Below are positions 1-10,933 of a stretch of 39,751 bases of DNA, piece after piece. The notes under the pieces are model-generated. The model did no database searches. It saw nothing but the letters and a program-made list of their open reading frames with translations, and was not told where the DNA came from. Position numbers and translations under genes: made by a program. Numbering within the stretch: position 1 is the first letter of the stretch; every line of letters begins with the position of its first letter. The DNA is from Nemertoderma westbladi (Eukaryota; Animalia; Xenacoelomorpha): the NCBI GenBank assembly GCA_032718475.1, contig JAUCBJ010005253.1:1-39751 (forward strand). The letters run 5' to 3'.

Positions 1-913
1 CTCATTATGTAGACTAATGTACTGTAGACGCTTAATTTCATGGAAACTGTAATGAATTAGCTATTTATTTATTTAATTATTTAAATCACTTGAAAAAGAA
101 ATATTATATTATTTCGAAAGCTTGTGTAATTTCTTATAATTTTTATTTAACGTGGTTGATCTTGGTTTCCTTACAATTATATTTATATATTTAATTTTTG
201 TAACCGGATCCCACACCCCAACGGCTTTGACTTGCTAAATTTATAATCTATATATATATATATATACCCCACTGACAATTTTTTCTGACAGTAACTATTC
301 CTGCTCTTTAAGCGGGATCCTAATTAGCGTTGAAGCTATCTGCAGTATGCCTGTTTCAGGCCTGCAGATAGCTTTGTAACAATACGCGAAGGAAGACGCT
401 ACGTCATAAATACAGATACCAAAACCCATGACTTGGCCTCAGAGGTCACAAAAGCTGTTTAACATTCCAGATGTACGACCCACAAACGGACCCCGAAGAG
501 CGGGTGGACACGTTCAGGGTTGGATGACTTGACTGGGTAGGACTTGGACTGTCCTGAGTGGTCCATGACTGATTCCATAATGGATTTGGAATTGCGAGTA
601 GACACGCATAGGGTCTCGTGCAGCCAAATGTGACTATGAGCTTGAAAAGGACTCAGAAAGCGCTGGTAGTAGCGTGACTGCTCCTGACACGACGGACAGG
701 CAGACACTGACCATGACCAGTGACCAGACACGGGTATCAAAAATAGATAGAGATGGCAAACTTTGGCAAAATCCAACAAAGTAAAGTCAGCAGTCACATA
801 AAGTAAAATACCATAGTGTATAGTAGGCTTACACACACATTTGCTACCTATCAATTTGTGAATATTTCGTGTATTATTATTATACACTTGTGGGGAGGCC
901 CACAAGTTTTATC

Positions 914-1032
914 TCACATCATATAAGATAACTGCGGGGGAATAAATTGATTTTCAACCATTGCTGGTGTTTCTTTATGATTTGCATTACCCTGGTTGCC
1001 AGGCTGCCGGTTGTTTACAAGCTGCGTTGTAA
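914..1032 (-). CDS. Possible terminal exon of the host gene (tentative)
   Basis: Acceptor ttttttggcag. The phase-1 frame is open for 38 further codons (TTQLVNNRQPG...LSYMM) to TGA. No recognisable motif, so the true next exon may lie outside the window. Confidence 0.25.
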
Positions 1033-1177
1033 CTGCCAAAAAATAAATGTTGCATAACTACATAAAAAAATTAGTTTGTTTTTGGTTTTGGAGATATTGT
1101 TTAATAATACATTATTGCTTCTTAAAGCTGTATCTTCCTTAATTCGGTGCAAAGTTTATAATTAATTTATAACTTAC

Positions 1178-1338
1178 TATTCCAATTGCCTCCGCCCGAA
1201 TTGTGTGATAGTATGGAAGGACATTGACCTATCTGTCTCTGCCAGCTACATGTGGGATTATTACAACCCGTAATCACAAGCCAACCGTAGTCTGCTCCGC
1301 AACCACCGTATCCCCCATTAATAAACCAATGACGTCCC
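1178..1338 (-). CDS. Host gene exon E: C-terminal part of the unnamed module
   Basis: Acceptor tttag and donor GTAAGT. Phase 2 start matches exon D (GG+G). Reads GRHWFINGGYGGCGADYGWLVITGCNNPTCSWQRQIGQCPSILSHNSGGGNWN; ends in phase 1. Confidence 0.82.
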
Positions 1339-1652
1339 CTAAATAGAATTGAATTCAATAGATAAAAGGTGGTGAGAGAGAGAGAGATAATGTACCGTAA
1401 GTTGCAAAGACTCAATAATAATGAGTCAACATTCATTGGTTTACCCGAATTTATTAATAATTAACACACCGTGTGATTCTATTACAAACAGAGATATATT
1501 GGAGGTCAACCAGGATTCGCCTTAGTTTAGCTTATCTGGTAGGAATGATACCAATTATATTGCAATTTAGATAAAAATTTAAATATACAGTACTCGGCAA
1601 TCCAATAACCAGTATTGCCAGTAATCATTGTTCACATGTCTGCATGTCTTAT

Positions 1653-3168
1653 ATATTGACCCCCCTCCCCTCTAAAATATACAAATTTTTTACGAAAACG
1701 TTTTGATTTTTTGTTTGTACGTAGGTATCACTAGTCTGGATCCGACAGAAAAAAAAAAATTTCGAAAAAATGTACTGTGGTGGTTGGTTACATTGCAGCA
1801 CCAAAATTACAAGTAGTGCACAATTTTCACAAAATTTGAAAGTTACATTATTCGGCTAATTTTTTTTCAATACAGGTTTTCTGGGGCGCAAAATACATTG
1901 GAAAATATTTAAAAATGATATGATTACTATAAATGGCTGTTTAGTCCTCTCTGCGTAGGAAAAAAATGAAAAAAACAAGTAACCAGCACTTTTCAGTTAG
2001 AACACAAAATTTTTAATTCACTTATACGATGCTATAAATTCACATTTTCAGGTTTTCTAGGGCGCTGATTCTAGGGCGGAATACATTTCAAATATGCCAG
2101 ATCATTGCTACTTGTATTTTACGGCGCAATTTGGCAAATTTTTGTGATAGCACCAAATTTCGTACCCATCACCAAAAAGTACAAGTTTGCGATGTCCTGT
2201 CCAGTGCTGTTTTTATTAATTCCATCGGATTCAGGACCCTCATAAACCCGTATAACGCAAGAAACAAGATGATACTATCTACTGATCAATTTGCTTATTT
2301 TCAAAAATTTGGTGCTGGCACAACACTTTTCACCCATCGGCGAAAAATAGAAGTTTGAAAACTCTTTAAATTTTTACTGATTCCATTGAATTAAGAACCC
2401 TCACAAACCCGTATAACCCAAGAAACAAGGTGATACAATCAATTGATATATTTGATAGTTTTCAAAATTTGGTGCTAGCACCACATTTTGCACCCACTTC
2501 CGTAAAATACAAGTTTGAGATGTCTAGATCGATAATTATATATTCCATTGAATTCAGAGCAGCCATAAACCTCTAAAACGCAAGAAATAAATTGTCACAA
2601 GCAATTTTTATCTATTGAATGGATTTTCAAAATTTCGTGCTAGCACCAAAATTTGCACACAGCACCGAAAAATACAAGTATGATACGCTTGGTGCATATT
2701 GTATATATTTCATCGAAACCAGAACCCCATAAAACCCCAATTGCGTAAAAAACAAGTTTCAAACAATCAATTTACAAAATTGACCTATTTCGAAATTTGG
2801 TGCTGGCACCAAAATTTGGCACCCGCCGAAAAAACAAGTTTGAAATTTCTAAATCAATTTATATGAATTCCATCCAATTGCTAACACCAAAAAACCGGTG
2901 TAAATCAAAAATAGAGATGTTACAATTCATATTTAATGAAATGTAATTTTCAAAAATGTCTCAAAAAAAGTGCCAAAGGTAGGGTTGAAAAATGGTGCTA
3001 TAACTCGAAAACTACCCAATATTTTTGAAAACGGTCTTCACTACTAGGATGACAATAGATTTTTAGGAAAAGTCCTAAAATTTCAGATTCCCAACAGCGT
3101 TTGTTTCAGAATTATAATAAAAAACCACGAGGGGGTCATATTGACCCCCCCCCCCGGGTTTAATAGGG
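1653..3168 (+). mobile_element. Non-autonomous piggyBac-like DNA transposon, copy 1 (left ~50 bp lost)
   Basis: Colinear and highly similar to 23038-24607. Right end ...CCCGGGTTTAATAGGG followed by TTAA (3169-3172). No transposase. Confidence 0.8.
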
Positions 3169-3327
3169 TTAATGACAGAGATGTCTGAAAACAAAAAACT
3201 TGTTTATAATAAAAAAAAAGAAATAATATAAAAAAAAAACAATAACTAAGTGTTGTACGTACTGTAGGTTTCTTAACTTATTCATCTAGAATACAATTAC
3301 CAGTATAAAACAATACCCACCACTTAC

Positions 3328-3515
3328 CCCCAATTTGTGTCACCCACTATTGAAAAGTAAAATCCGTGATCAGAAGTCGAATCAACGTTGGTAAAAGAGG
3401 ATTCACCACTAATCATATTACCTATACTGAAGAAGTTACTTTTTGCACGTCCAGCACCCCAGAATGAGATCCAAGAGTTTTTGTATCCAGCACTGTTGTA
3501 TATAACAATCTTCAC
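3328..3515 (-). CDS. Host gene exon D: middle of the unnamed module
   Basis: Acceptor aatag and donor GTAAGT. Phase 0 start, phase 2 end. Reads VKIVIYNSAGYKNSWISFWGAGRAKSNFFSIGNMISGESSFTNVDSTSDHGFYFSIVGDTNW(G). Confidence 0.82.
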
Positions 3516-4289
3516 CTATTAAATGTAATTTTTTTGTAGCATAGTAATAAATAATATGTAAACTCAATTTGTAATGGGGCCCAATTAATGCGGCGAATAT
3601 TGCTGTATCAATGTTTGCCATCAATAATTGACTAACGCATAAATAATCAAATGTTAGAAGTAAAAAGATACGCAAAGCCGTATTAATTAAACATTCATAA
3701 TTATGTCAAATTATTGACTGAAACTATGCCTGCCTTCGGTATTGTAATTTCATAGCATAACATTCATCAATTTTCTCGGTGAGGACGCAGCAATAGAGCA
3801 AATATCAGTAGGCCTAATTAAGTAAAGACCATTCCAGGCAATTATTAAGTTATTGATAATATAGTCAACACACGAATAATTATAAATATCACTACTTATA
3901 TTACCCTTGCAGTGCATTATTAGATTAGTAAAGTATTTCAGACTATATGAAAGATGTTTCTCCCGGTGGACACATATAATGCTTTCAATGATCTAAATAG
4001 GGTAGCAGCCTTGTGAAACGCCCCTTTGCTCATTATTATTTTTTAATTGCTATGAAGGCCACAGCATTCTCACTGTCTGAGGAATCGATACGATTATCTT
4101 TAGTTCGGAAGGCGCCACGCAGGGGGACCAACTAGCTATGCTATTCTATGCAGCCGGCCTCCTCCCTCTTATCCACAAGCTCCAGGACCCAAAAGTGGCA
4201 CAGAACTAGTTTGCTGATGATTAGCTGCAGCCAGCAGACTCCCAGACATTCTTGTATGGTTTGTGAAACTCCAGATTCATGGCTCCAGG

Positions 4290-4930
4290 TCGGATCTAAG
4301 GACATGCATAGATCATAGTCAACATTAATTATGAACAAGAATGGTGCAAGTGTGTCTCCCTGGAGGACTCCCCATAACACTTTGAATGGTTCTGTGTCAC
4401 CATCAATAGTAGACACAGATGTCATCGAAACATTGTATACTGATCTGATTGGTGCAATAATTTCATCAGGAATCCCATATAATGAAAGTGTGCTAAACAT
4501 ACGTGAGCGAGAGACTGAATCAAAGGCCTTGAAGAAGTCAACAAAGATAACAGCCAGAATGATTAAGTTTTTCAGAAAAGTCTTTCTTCTTTTTAGAACA
4601 CAACCGTCATAACCATGTAACACATTGAAAGACTTTGATGAACATCATTTAATTAAAGAGGGTCGAAATATCTCATTGGATATTACATATATATTAAGAA
4701 TGCTGTGCTGGCTTGACGACAAAATTGCGCCACCACAACATCCTATCATCACTAGAATATCAGACCTTGAGATGTGTCTCAAGAAATTATTGAGCTGTCC
4801 ACCATGCTTATTCACTCAATAAGGCCGCCAAAGCACAAGATTATGCACTGGTTGGTCCTCACGGCGACCTGACTCTCGGATCCATGATCACAAGTAGCAG
4901 AAGTCTTCCACTTGCTCAAGCACGTCATCC
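4290..4930 (-). mobile_element. Degraded RTE-clade LINE fragments (family B)
   Basis: RT motifs IFVDFFKAFDSV and GVLQGDTLAPFLF at about 4290-4560. Segment 4690-4930 resembles the 3' end of the copy at 38246-39023. Confidence 0.75.
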
Positions 4931-5636
4931 CAGGGGGGTATGATCAGACATTTCTTAAGGGCTGTCAAGGTGCACGGTCATAATTTTGGTTTTATTGGTG
5001 TTTACAAAAAGTCCAACATTAGAAGCAAACTGATCCAATGAGCAGAGGAGCCTTTGGGTTCACTCATCTAATTAGATTCAACTACAAGCTACACACTAAT
5101 AATTGGTGATTAAGCGTGAAGATTATGGTTCTTTGGACTGAAATATATATTACAACAAAATGGGTGTGGCATGGATGGTGAATGTTCCACACATGGGAAT
5201 GTGGGAATTATAGAACAAAGTATTACCATAGGATGCGGCCAATAGGAATAGACTTAGTTTTCTTTCTGTACAACAAGGCAGCACTCTCCAATGCTGAATC
5301 CTGATAATCCGCTGGTAGGCCTAACATTTGGACAGCGCCTTGCAATATGTATATAAAAGGGAAACTTTACTTTGCGGCTAATAAATATGAAAATAGATTA
5401 TATAAAAATACATTATATATGAAAATACAATATATAAACTAGCCATGCTAGATGCACAAAGAAGAATCACTAGACTAACTATTGTGAAAAACTACCATAC
5501 CAGTCAACAGGTAATTTATCATTCTGGAGGGAGAATGGGTAGTATGGTATAAAATGGTAGAATGGTTGTATGTATTGTACAATGTAACTGTACAGGCAGG
5601 GTACTATTTATCATTTACCTAGTCGATCAAACTAAC

Positions 5637-5803
5637 CTTTTTAACATCCGACCATGCTGTGTTTGCATAAGGCGACTTATAATTCGCGTAACTGTTGAGG
5701 TTTGCATCATTAATAGAGCCTGTTGATCCACCTCCAAGCCATAAATTATGACTGTTGCTTATCCCTGATCCAGCAACAATTTTGAACACCATTTCATCAC
5801 ACA
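5637..5803 (-). CDS. Host gene exon C: start of an unnamed extracellular-type module
   Basis: Acceptor ttttcag and donor GTTAGT. Phase 1 start matches exon B (T+TG=Leu). Reads CDEMVFKIVAGSGISNSHNLWLGGGSTGSINDANLNSYANYKSPYANTAWSDVKK; ends in phase 0. Confidence 0.8.
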
Positions 5804-5888
5804 CTGAAAAAGCAAATGATTAAGACCATTACTAGAGCAAAGGCTGTCCTCAAAGGCCTTAGGCCCAAAATACAGGGAAAATGAGTTC

Positions 5889-6028
5889 GGACACCCCCCA
5901 CCCCCCCCCCCCCCCCCCCCGGACACCCCCCCCCCCCGCTCAAGTAGGACACTTCCCCTCTGGACACTTCCCCCTCAGACACTTCCCCCCGGACACTTCC
6001 CCCCCAGACACTTCCCTCCCGGACACTT
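5889..6028. repeat. Tandem GGACACTTCCCCC-type repeats (~14-15 bp) with poly-C runs
   Basis: About six ggacacttcccc units seen at 5947-6028, preceded by poly-C. Resembles subterminal repeats of a DNA transposon end. Confidence 0.7.
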
Positions 6029-6607
6029 CAGTGTTGTGTGATTAATTTTGTGATTATTACTTAAAGTAATTGTTTTGTATTGGGAAAGAACCATTAGTCC
6101 AGGTATAAGCGGAACCACACCAACCATACAATGAGTAAGGAGCAGACTAACCAATACAACAAATAATTGTACAATTATAAATAAATCGGAAAATTGTGTC
6201 ACGAACAAGTTTGAACATATACAGTATGCCATTGGCAACTAATTAAACTAAATTATGTTTGAACGTTCATAAACGTTCAAACAACGTACATATTTAGGTA
6301 CAAAAAAATAAACTCAATACTAAACGCAATTTGAACGTTCAATATTCGTTTGTTTTGGGTCATTTTCAATTTCGTTAAAGTTAGGGGGGCTGGGGTGGGT
6401 GGGTTGGTTCAATATCACCCCCTCCCCCGTATTTGTACATCTCGAGCCACGAGCTGTCAATCAGGAATACCCCAAAAATTTATTTTCTCATAGAACTGAA
6501 AGTGTCGCAATAAAAGTGTGCCTAAAAGCAGGAAATCACGTTGAGATTCCCTACTTAAAGTGTCTACAAGAATTCAAAGATGACGTTGGTTGGAAAGATG
6601 CCGACAA

Positions 6608-6678
6608 ATGCACTTTGAGAAAATCTCTGAGAACGGATGCACTTTGAGAAAATCTCTGAGAACAGATGCACTTTGAGA
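6608..6678. repeat. 29-bp tandem repeat, ~2.5 copies
   Basis: atgcactttgagaaaatctctgagaac(g/a)g starting at 6608 and 6637, partial at 6666. Confidence 0.85.
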
Positions 6679-6818
6679 CTCCGACTGTATTATTGAAATG
6701 TAGGTATGCTATAGTGTCAGTTAAATTTTCCAAGTAGATATTAAAGAGGCAGTAAACCTTTCTTTGAATGTCTTCACCTAATCAAATACTACAATAAGAT
6801 TAATCAAAGAATACATAC

Positions 6819-6975
6819 ATTTATAGTTAATGGAGAAACCAGAGTTGTCGTTATCATTGTGACCCGTCTGAAATACCATAGTTAGATCACCAGTAGTAGA
6901 CTCAACGTTGGTTGAAACACCGGAACCTTCCCAAGTTGCTAGGATTGGGGATGACGTGTCGGGTCCATCGTAAAT
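6819..6975 (-). CDS. Host gene exon B: C-terminal half of the CUB domain
   Basis: Acceptor tttacag and donor GTATGT. Reads IYDGPDTSSPILATWEGSGVSTNVESTTGDLTMVFQTGHNDNDNSGFSINYK (CUB IYDG...S..L...F...GF...Y). Phase 0 start joins exon A to give DKLIIYDG; ends in phase 1. Confidence 0.88.
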
Positions 6976-7719
6976 CTGTAAATTGATTCAAAATTCAAAA
7001 TTCAAAAAAAGTAATGATCTTCTATAAGATAAAAAAATAAGAAGCACTTTTTAGAATAAAAAATATTTTTTCTAGAACATACTTTTTTTACCTAACAATA
7101 GCTAACATGACATAGAGCAATCATGGCCTACGAACAATTCTAAAAAAAGTAGAAAAACTAGATACTTGTTTTGGAAACAAAGTGAATTATAACTTTGATA
7201 AATAAAATTAATAACAATTCTAAATCTCTTGGAAACATAATTAATTGAAATTTCATAACTTATTAAATATTGCACAAAAATTTAGCTAAACCGACAAACT
7301 TTGACACACAAATTCAACACACACAATTCGGATTAGTTTACACTATACGTAGGGAAAATAATTATACAGTTTAAGGGTTAAAATAAAATATAAAATTAAT
7401 TTAAAATATCAGATAAATCCATGGCTATTAAAACAGACTCATATTTATGACAAATTTATTTAAGACAACTCATATTTATATTGGAGAAATCGTTTGTAAG
7501 TAACTATAATATTATTATCGTTCTTTTGTTTAATTGTTTGTTTCTATTGTTTATTGATTGACAGATTGATTCTGTTATTGTCTATTGAATTGTTTCTATA
7601 TATCCATCATGTTTTTAGTTATCTTTGTGTTTGCCCTTACATACAGTACATATTACACTGAAACCTATTATAATTAAAGTTTACAGGCTCTATGGACCCA
7701 AGAATACTTTTTTCCATTA

Positions 7720-9583
7720 CTCTTGGTCGCCGGGGGGGGGGGGGGGGGGGGGCTTGTAACAGCGTTGAAAGGCGGGACCGCAATCTACCTCGCGTCGCTT
7801 GCTGCTCAACGACTAACCCAGGAGGCACACTTCTTTCAGGGTGTAACAAAAGAACCCCTACAGTCGGCAGAAGAGCTGTAGGTCATGGAAAGGCAGAAGG
7901 TAATCAACCAATGGCTAGACATGCTGACAAGGTCGGCGGAAGGTATTCAACCAACGGTGACTCTACTGCGAAGATGTTTGTAGGAGTTGCGACCGCAAGC
8001 GGTTTACTCTCGCAACTGAAATATATGAGTATGAGATCCCTCCAGGAGAAATACCGGCTTGGTTGTCGCCCGGGTCAACAAGGACCACGTCCCTCAGTGG
8101 TACACCAGGCTCGGGTCGATAAATTGGCTACTGGAACAGAACAGAGAAGAAAAAGAACCAACCTGTTGAAATGTAAAAATCCACTAAAGATTGCTACTGT
8201 ACAATGAACGCACGCACGCTGAAAGCACATAGCAAACAGGTTAACATGGTTGCTCTGACAATGGAATATAACATCGACATCATCCACATCCAAGAGCATT
8301 GGATTTGTCATGAAGACACTGCCATGAAGTACAATGACATTGGAAATATATGGACGTTAGTAACAAGATTAGCAGTAATAAACTCGGCCAGGCGGATTAG
8401 GAATTCTGCTAAGCTCATTTGCACTTAAGACCCTAAACAACATCGAATCTATAAATTCCAGGGTTATGATCGCAACATTTGATGGGAATCCCAAGACAAA
8501 ACTTATATGTTGCTACAGTCCAACCAATGCCTCAGAGCCAGAACAAGCAGTCAAGATTTATGAAGATCTGACTGGACTTATAAAGGACATTCCGAAACAC
8601 AATGTTAAAGTCATTGCTGGTGATCTGAATGCACAAATTGGCCCAGAAGACATCAAGGGTTACATCTGCAACACCAGTTCTAACAGAAATGGGTACTCAC
8701 TTTTAACCTAATGGAAGAATGTGAATTGATACCAACAAACAACGCATTCGAAAAGAGTAAGGGGAAGCTATGGACCTTTCAATACCCTAATGGAACCAAA
8801 GCACAACTGGATTACATCCTTATAAACAAAAAGTGGAGAAACAGCATGATCAACTGCGAGGCATACAGCTCATTCAACCTAATTGGTTCGGACCACAGAA
8901 TTGTGACTGCAGAGATCAGACTCAGTTTGAGACCCAGGAAACACAGGACAAGCAAGCAAATCAACTTTGACTGGGAGAAACTCAGAACTGACAATGCAGT
9001 AAACGATGCTTATACAGTAGAAGTTCAAAACCGCTTTGAAGCACTTCAGTCAATGGATAAAAACCAGTCCACCGATTAAATATACCTGATTATAATAACA
9101 GCCCACAAGGAATCAGCTAAGAGGCATATCCCTCAGAAACCCAAGCGAAAACAGTATGTGCCATGGCAAAACTCTGAGGTTACTTGTAAGAGAGAAGATC
9201 TTAAGATAGCCTACAAAGTTAAAACCGAACAACCAACAACCGAAAACATTAACAAGGTTGAGAAAGCTAAGGACGATCTTAAATTGGCATACAACATCAG
9301 CCAGGAAAAGTACATACAGGATGAAATTGAAGAACATGTTGGGAAGTGGAAAAATCACTTCAGCAACTTGCTTGGACAGCCACCAAACATCGCGGTCATC
9401 CCTACAAGGAAAATATATGACAAGACACTACCTATAGAAACAGGGGACTTCACACCTGCCGAACTCCAAAGAAGCATTAAAAGCATGTCCAATAATAAAG
9501 CGAGTGAATTAGATGAAATCCCAGCGGAGGTATGGAAAATTAGGACCTTTTGGACTTTTTGGACTAAATTTGGACTAAAGGTC
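7720..9583 (+). mobile_element. RTE-clade LINE (family A), 5' part with AP-endonuclease pseudogene
   Basis: Motifs NARTL, IQEH, YSPTN, AGDLNAQIG, QLDYILIN, SDHRIV, then NNKASELDEIPAEVWK. Several stops and frameshifts. Cut off by the LTR at 9584. Confidence 0.85.
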
Positions 9584-9839
9584 TGTAACGTTCTAATGAA
9601 CTCTTGTGTAATAATTATTATTGTTGAATGTGTATTTTATTAGCCTGTATCATAGGATATAATACATAGGAGTAATATAGCCTTTAATGCCATATGTTTG
9701 TCCTGAGTTAACCTTGTATAGTGCCAGAGTATTATAAGATATGGTGATGGAAAAGATTATTATTAAATCATTTAGACCAAGTTAATTATATTATATTGAA
9801 GGAATAATATTCATTACTTTCAAGTTGTTAGATATTACA
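9584..9839 (+). repeat. 5' LTR of Gypsy 1 (256 bp)
   Basis: TGTAAC...ATTACA termini. The first 97 bp recur at 15026-15122 with 4 mismatches. Confidence 0.9.
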
Positions 9840-9841
9840 AT

Positions 9842-9859
9842 TGGTGACCCAGACGAGAT
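9842..9859 (+). promoter_or_regulatory. Primer-binding site, tRNA-Trp type
   Basis: TGGTGACCCAGACGAGAT 2 nt after the LTR; 16/18 match to the Trp PBS TGGTGACCCCGACGTGAT as I recall it. Confidence 0.8.
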
Positions 9860-9930
9860 TAATGTAGAGTAAAGTAAGTTATTTAATTTTTAAATTATTT
9901 TGTGAAGTATAAAAAGATAGTGCCTGGACA

Positions 9931-10914
9931 ATGGGAGACTTCACTCAATACAGGAAAGTTGAATTATCTGCGGCGCTTCACCTACTGAATGAACATGATC
10001 CGAATTTTAATGCACCTGATTTCAAAACAGAAATAATCGAAGTGTTGAAACGTGAGAATCGTTCTGCAGTGCGTCTTGCACTAACTACAGTATCATCGAC
10101 CTTACCGAAAGAAACGCATAGAACATCAACAGATGGAGCTAAGCGCATCAAACTACCAGAATTCTACCAGAAAGATCCGCGTATATGGTTCAGTCAGGTA
10201 GAGCAACTTGAGGAAGGTGAGTCACCTCATATTAAAAAACTTAGCTTGCTGGCAGTTTTACCAATAGACATAATTTTAGAAAGTGGGGTAAACCTTGATA
10301 ACACATATGACGAAATTAAATGTGATGTAATTCGTCACCTGGCTGATAGTGACGAAAAACGACTTCACAAACTGTTAGGTGAGCAAAGCCTAGGTGATCG
10401 GAAACCAACTGCGGCACTATGCCATCTGCAGAGACTGGCACCTGGTAACGATAATGTAATTAGGTTACGCTTCCTTGATATGCTTCCTGAATCAATACGC
10501 ATAGTTTTAACGTCATTGTCTGAACTTCCAATAGACAAATTAGCTGAAACAGCAGACAAAATGATTGAACAAACAAAAGGTTCACAAGCTAGTTACGCTA
10601 TATCGCAGAACTCCGAAATAGATATTCTACAAGATATGCAAGCTAATATGGCTGATCAAATTACAAAGCTGATAGCTGAAATTCGCGCAATAAATATGTC
10701 ACAGTCACAGTCCCCTCAATATTATAGATCACGATCTCCTGAGCGGTCTTCAAGGTCAAGACAACGGTCTCGATCCAGATCATATAACCCTATGGGACCC
10801 CTTTGCTTCTACCACTTCACATTTGGAGACCAAGCCAATAAATGTCAGGCACCATGTAAATGGGGATCAAACCTCAAAAGGCAATGTTCGGGAAACGATT
10901 CCACCTCGGCTTAG
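9931..10914 (+). CDS. gag: Gypsy 1 gag (327 aa, uninterrupted)
   Basis: KLPEFYQKDPRIWFSQVE, LGDRKP, an SR-rich tract and a C-terminal CFYH...C...C knuckle. Confidence 0.85.
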   Translation: MGDFTQYRKVELSAALHLLNEHDPNFNAPDFKTEIIEVLKRENRSAVRLALTTVSSTLPKETHRTSTDGAKRIKLPEFYQKDPRIWFSQVEQLEEGESPHIKKLSLLAVLPIDIILESGVNLDNTYDEIKCDVIRHLADSDEKRLHKLLGEQSLGDRKPTAALCHLQRLAPGNDNVIRLRFLDMLPESIRIVLTSLSELPIDKLAETADKMIEQTKGSQASYAISQNSEIDILQDMQANMADQITKLIAEIRAINMSQSQSPQYYRSRSPERSSRSRQRSRSRSYNPMGPLCFYHFTFGDQANKCQAPCKWGSNLKRQCSGNDSTSA

Positions 10915-10933
10915 ACACAGATGCGGTCGGGGT
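10890..10933 (+). promoter_or_regulatory. -1 ribosomal frameshift signal (gag-pol)
   Basis: G GGA AAC in the gag frame, 6-nt spacer, then an 8-bp stem ACCTCGGC (10903-10910) with GTCGGGGT (10926-10933). Pol is in the -1 frame. Confidence 0.75.

Noticed and set aside
459-905. 148-aa minus-strand ORF
   Set aside because: Non-ATG start and no convincing domain; LLDFAK hints at a very decayed LINE RT, but the signal is too weak to call.
5894-5937. Long poly-C/poly-G runs (also near 7732, 23095, 30134, 33494) as G-quadruplex elements
   Set aside because: Mostly at TE termini, variable in length between copies, and prone to slippage or sequencing error.
6399-6775. Possible DNA-transposase fragment
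   Set aside because: Too short and degenerate; no diagnostic motif.
7692-8207. 171-aa ORF as a host gene or LINE ORF1
   Set aside because: Starts in flanking DNA, crosses a poly-G run and lies in the RTE leader; no supporting motif.
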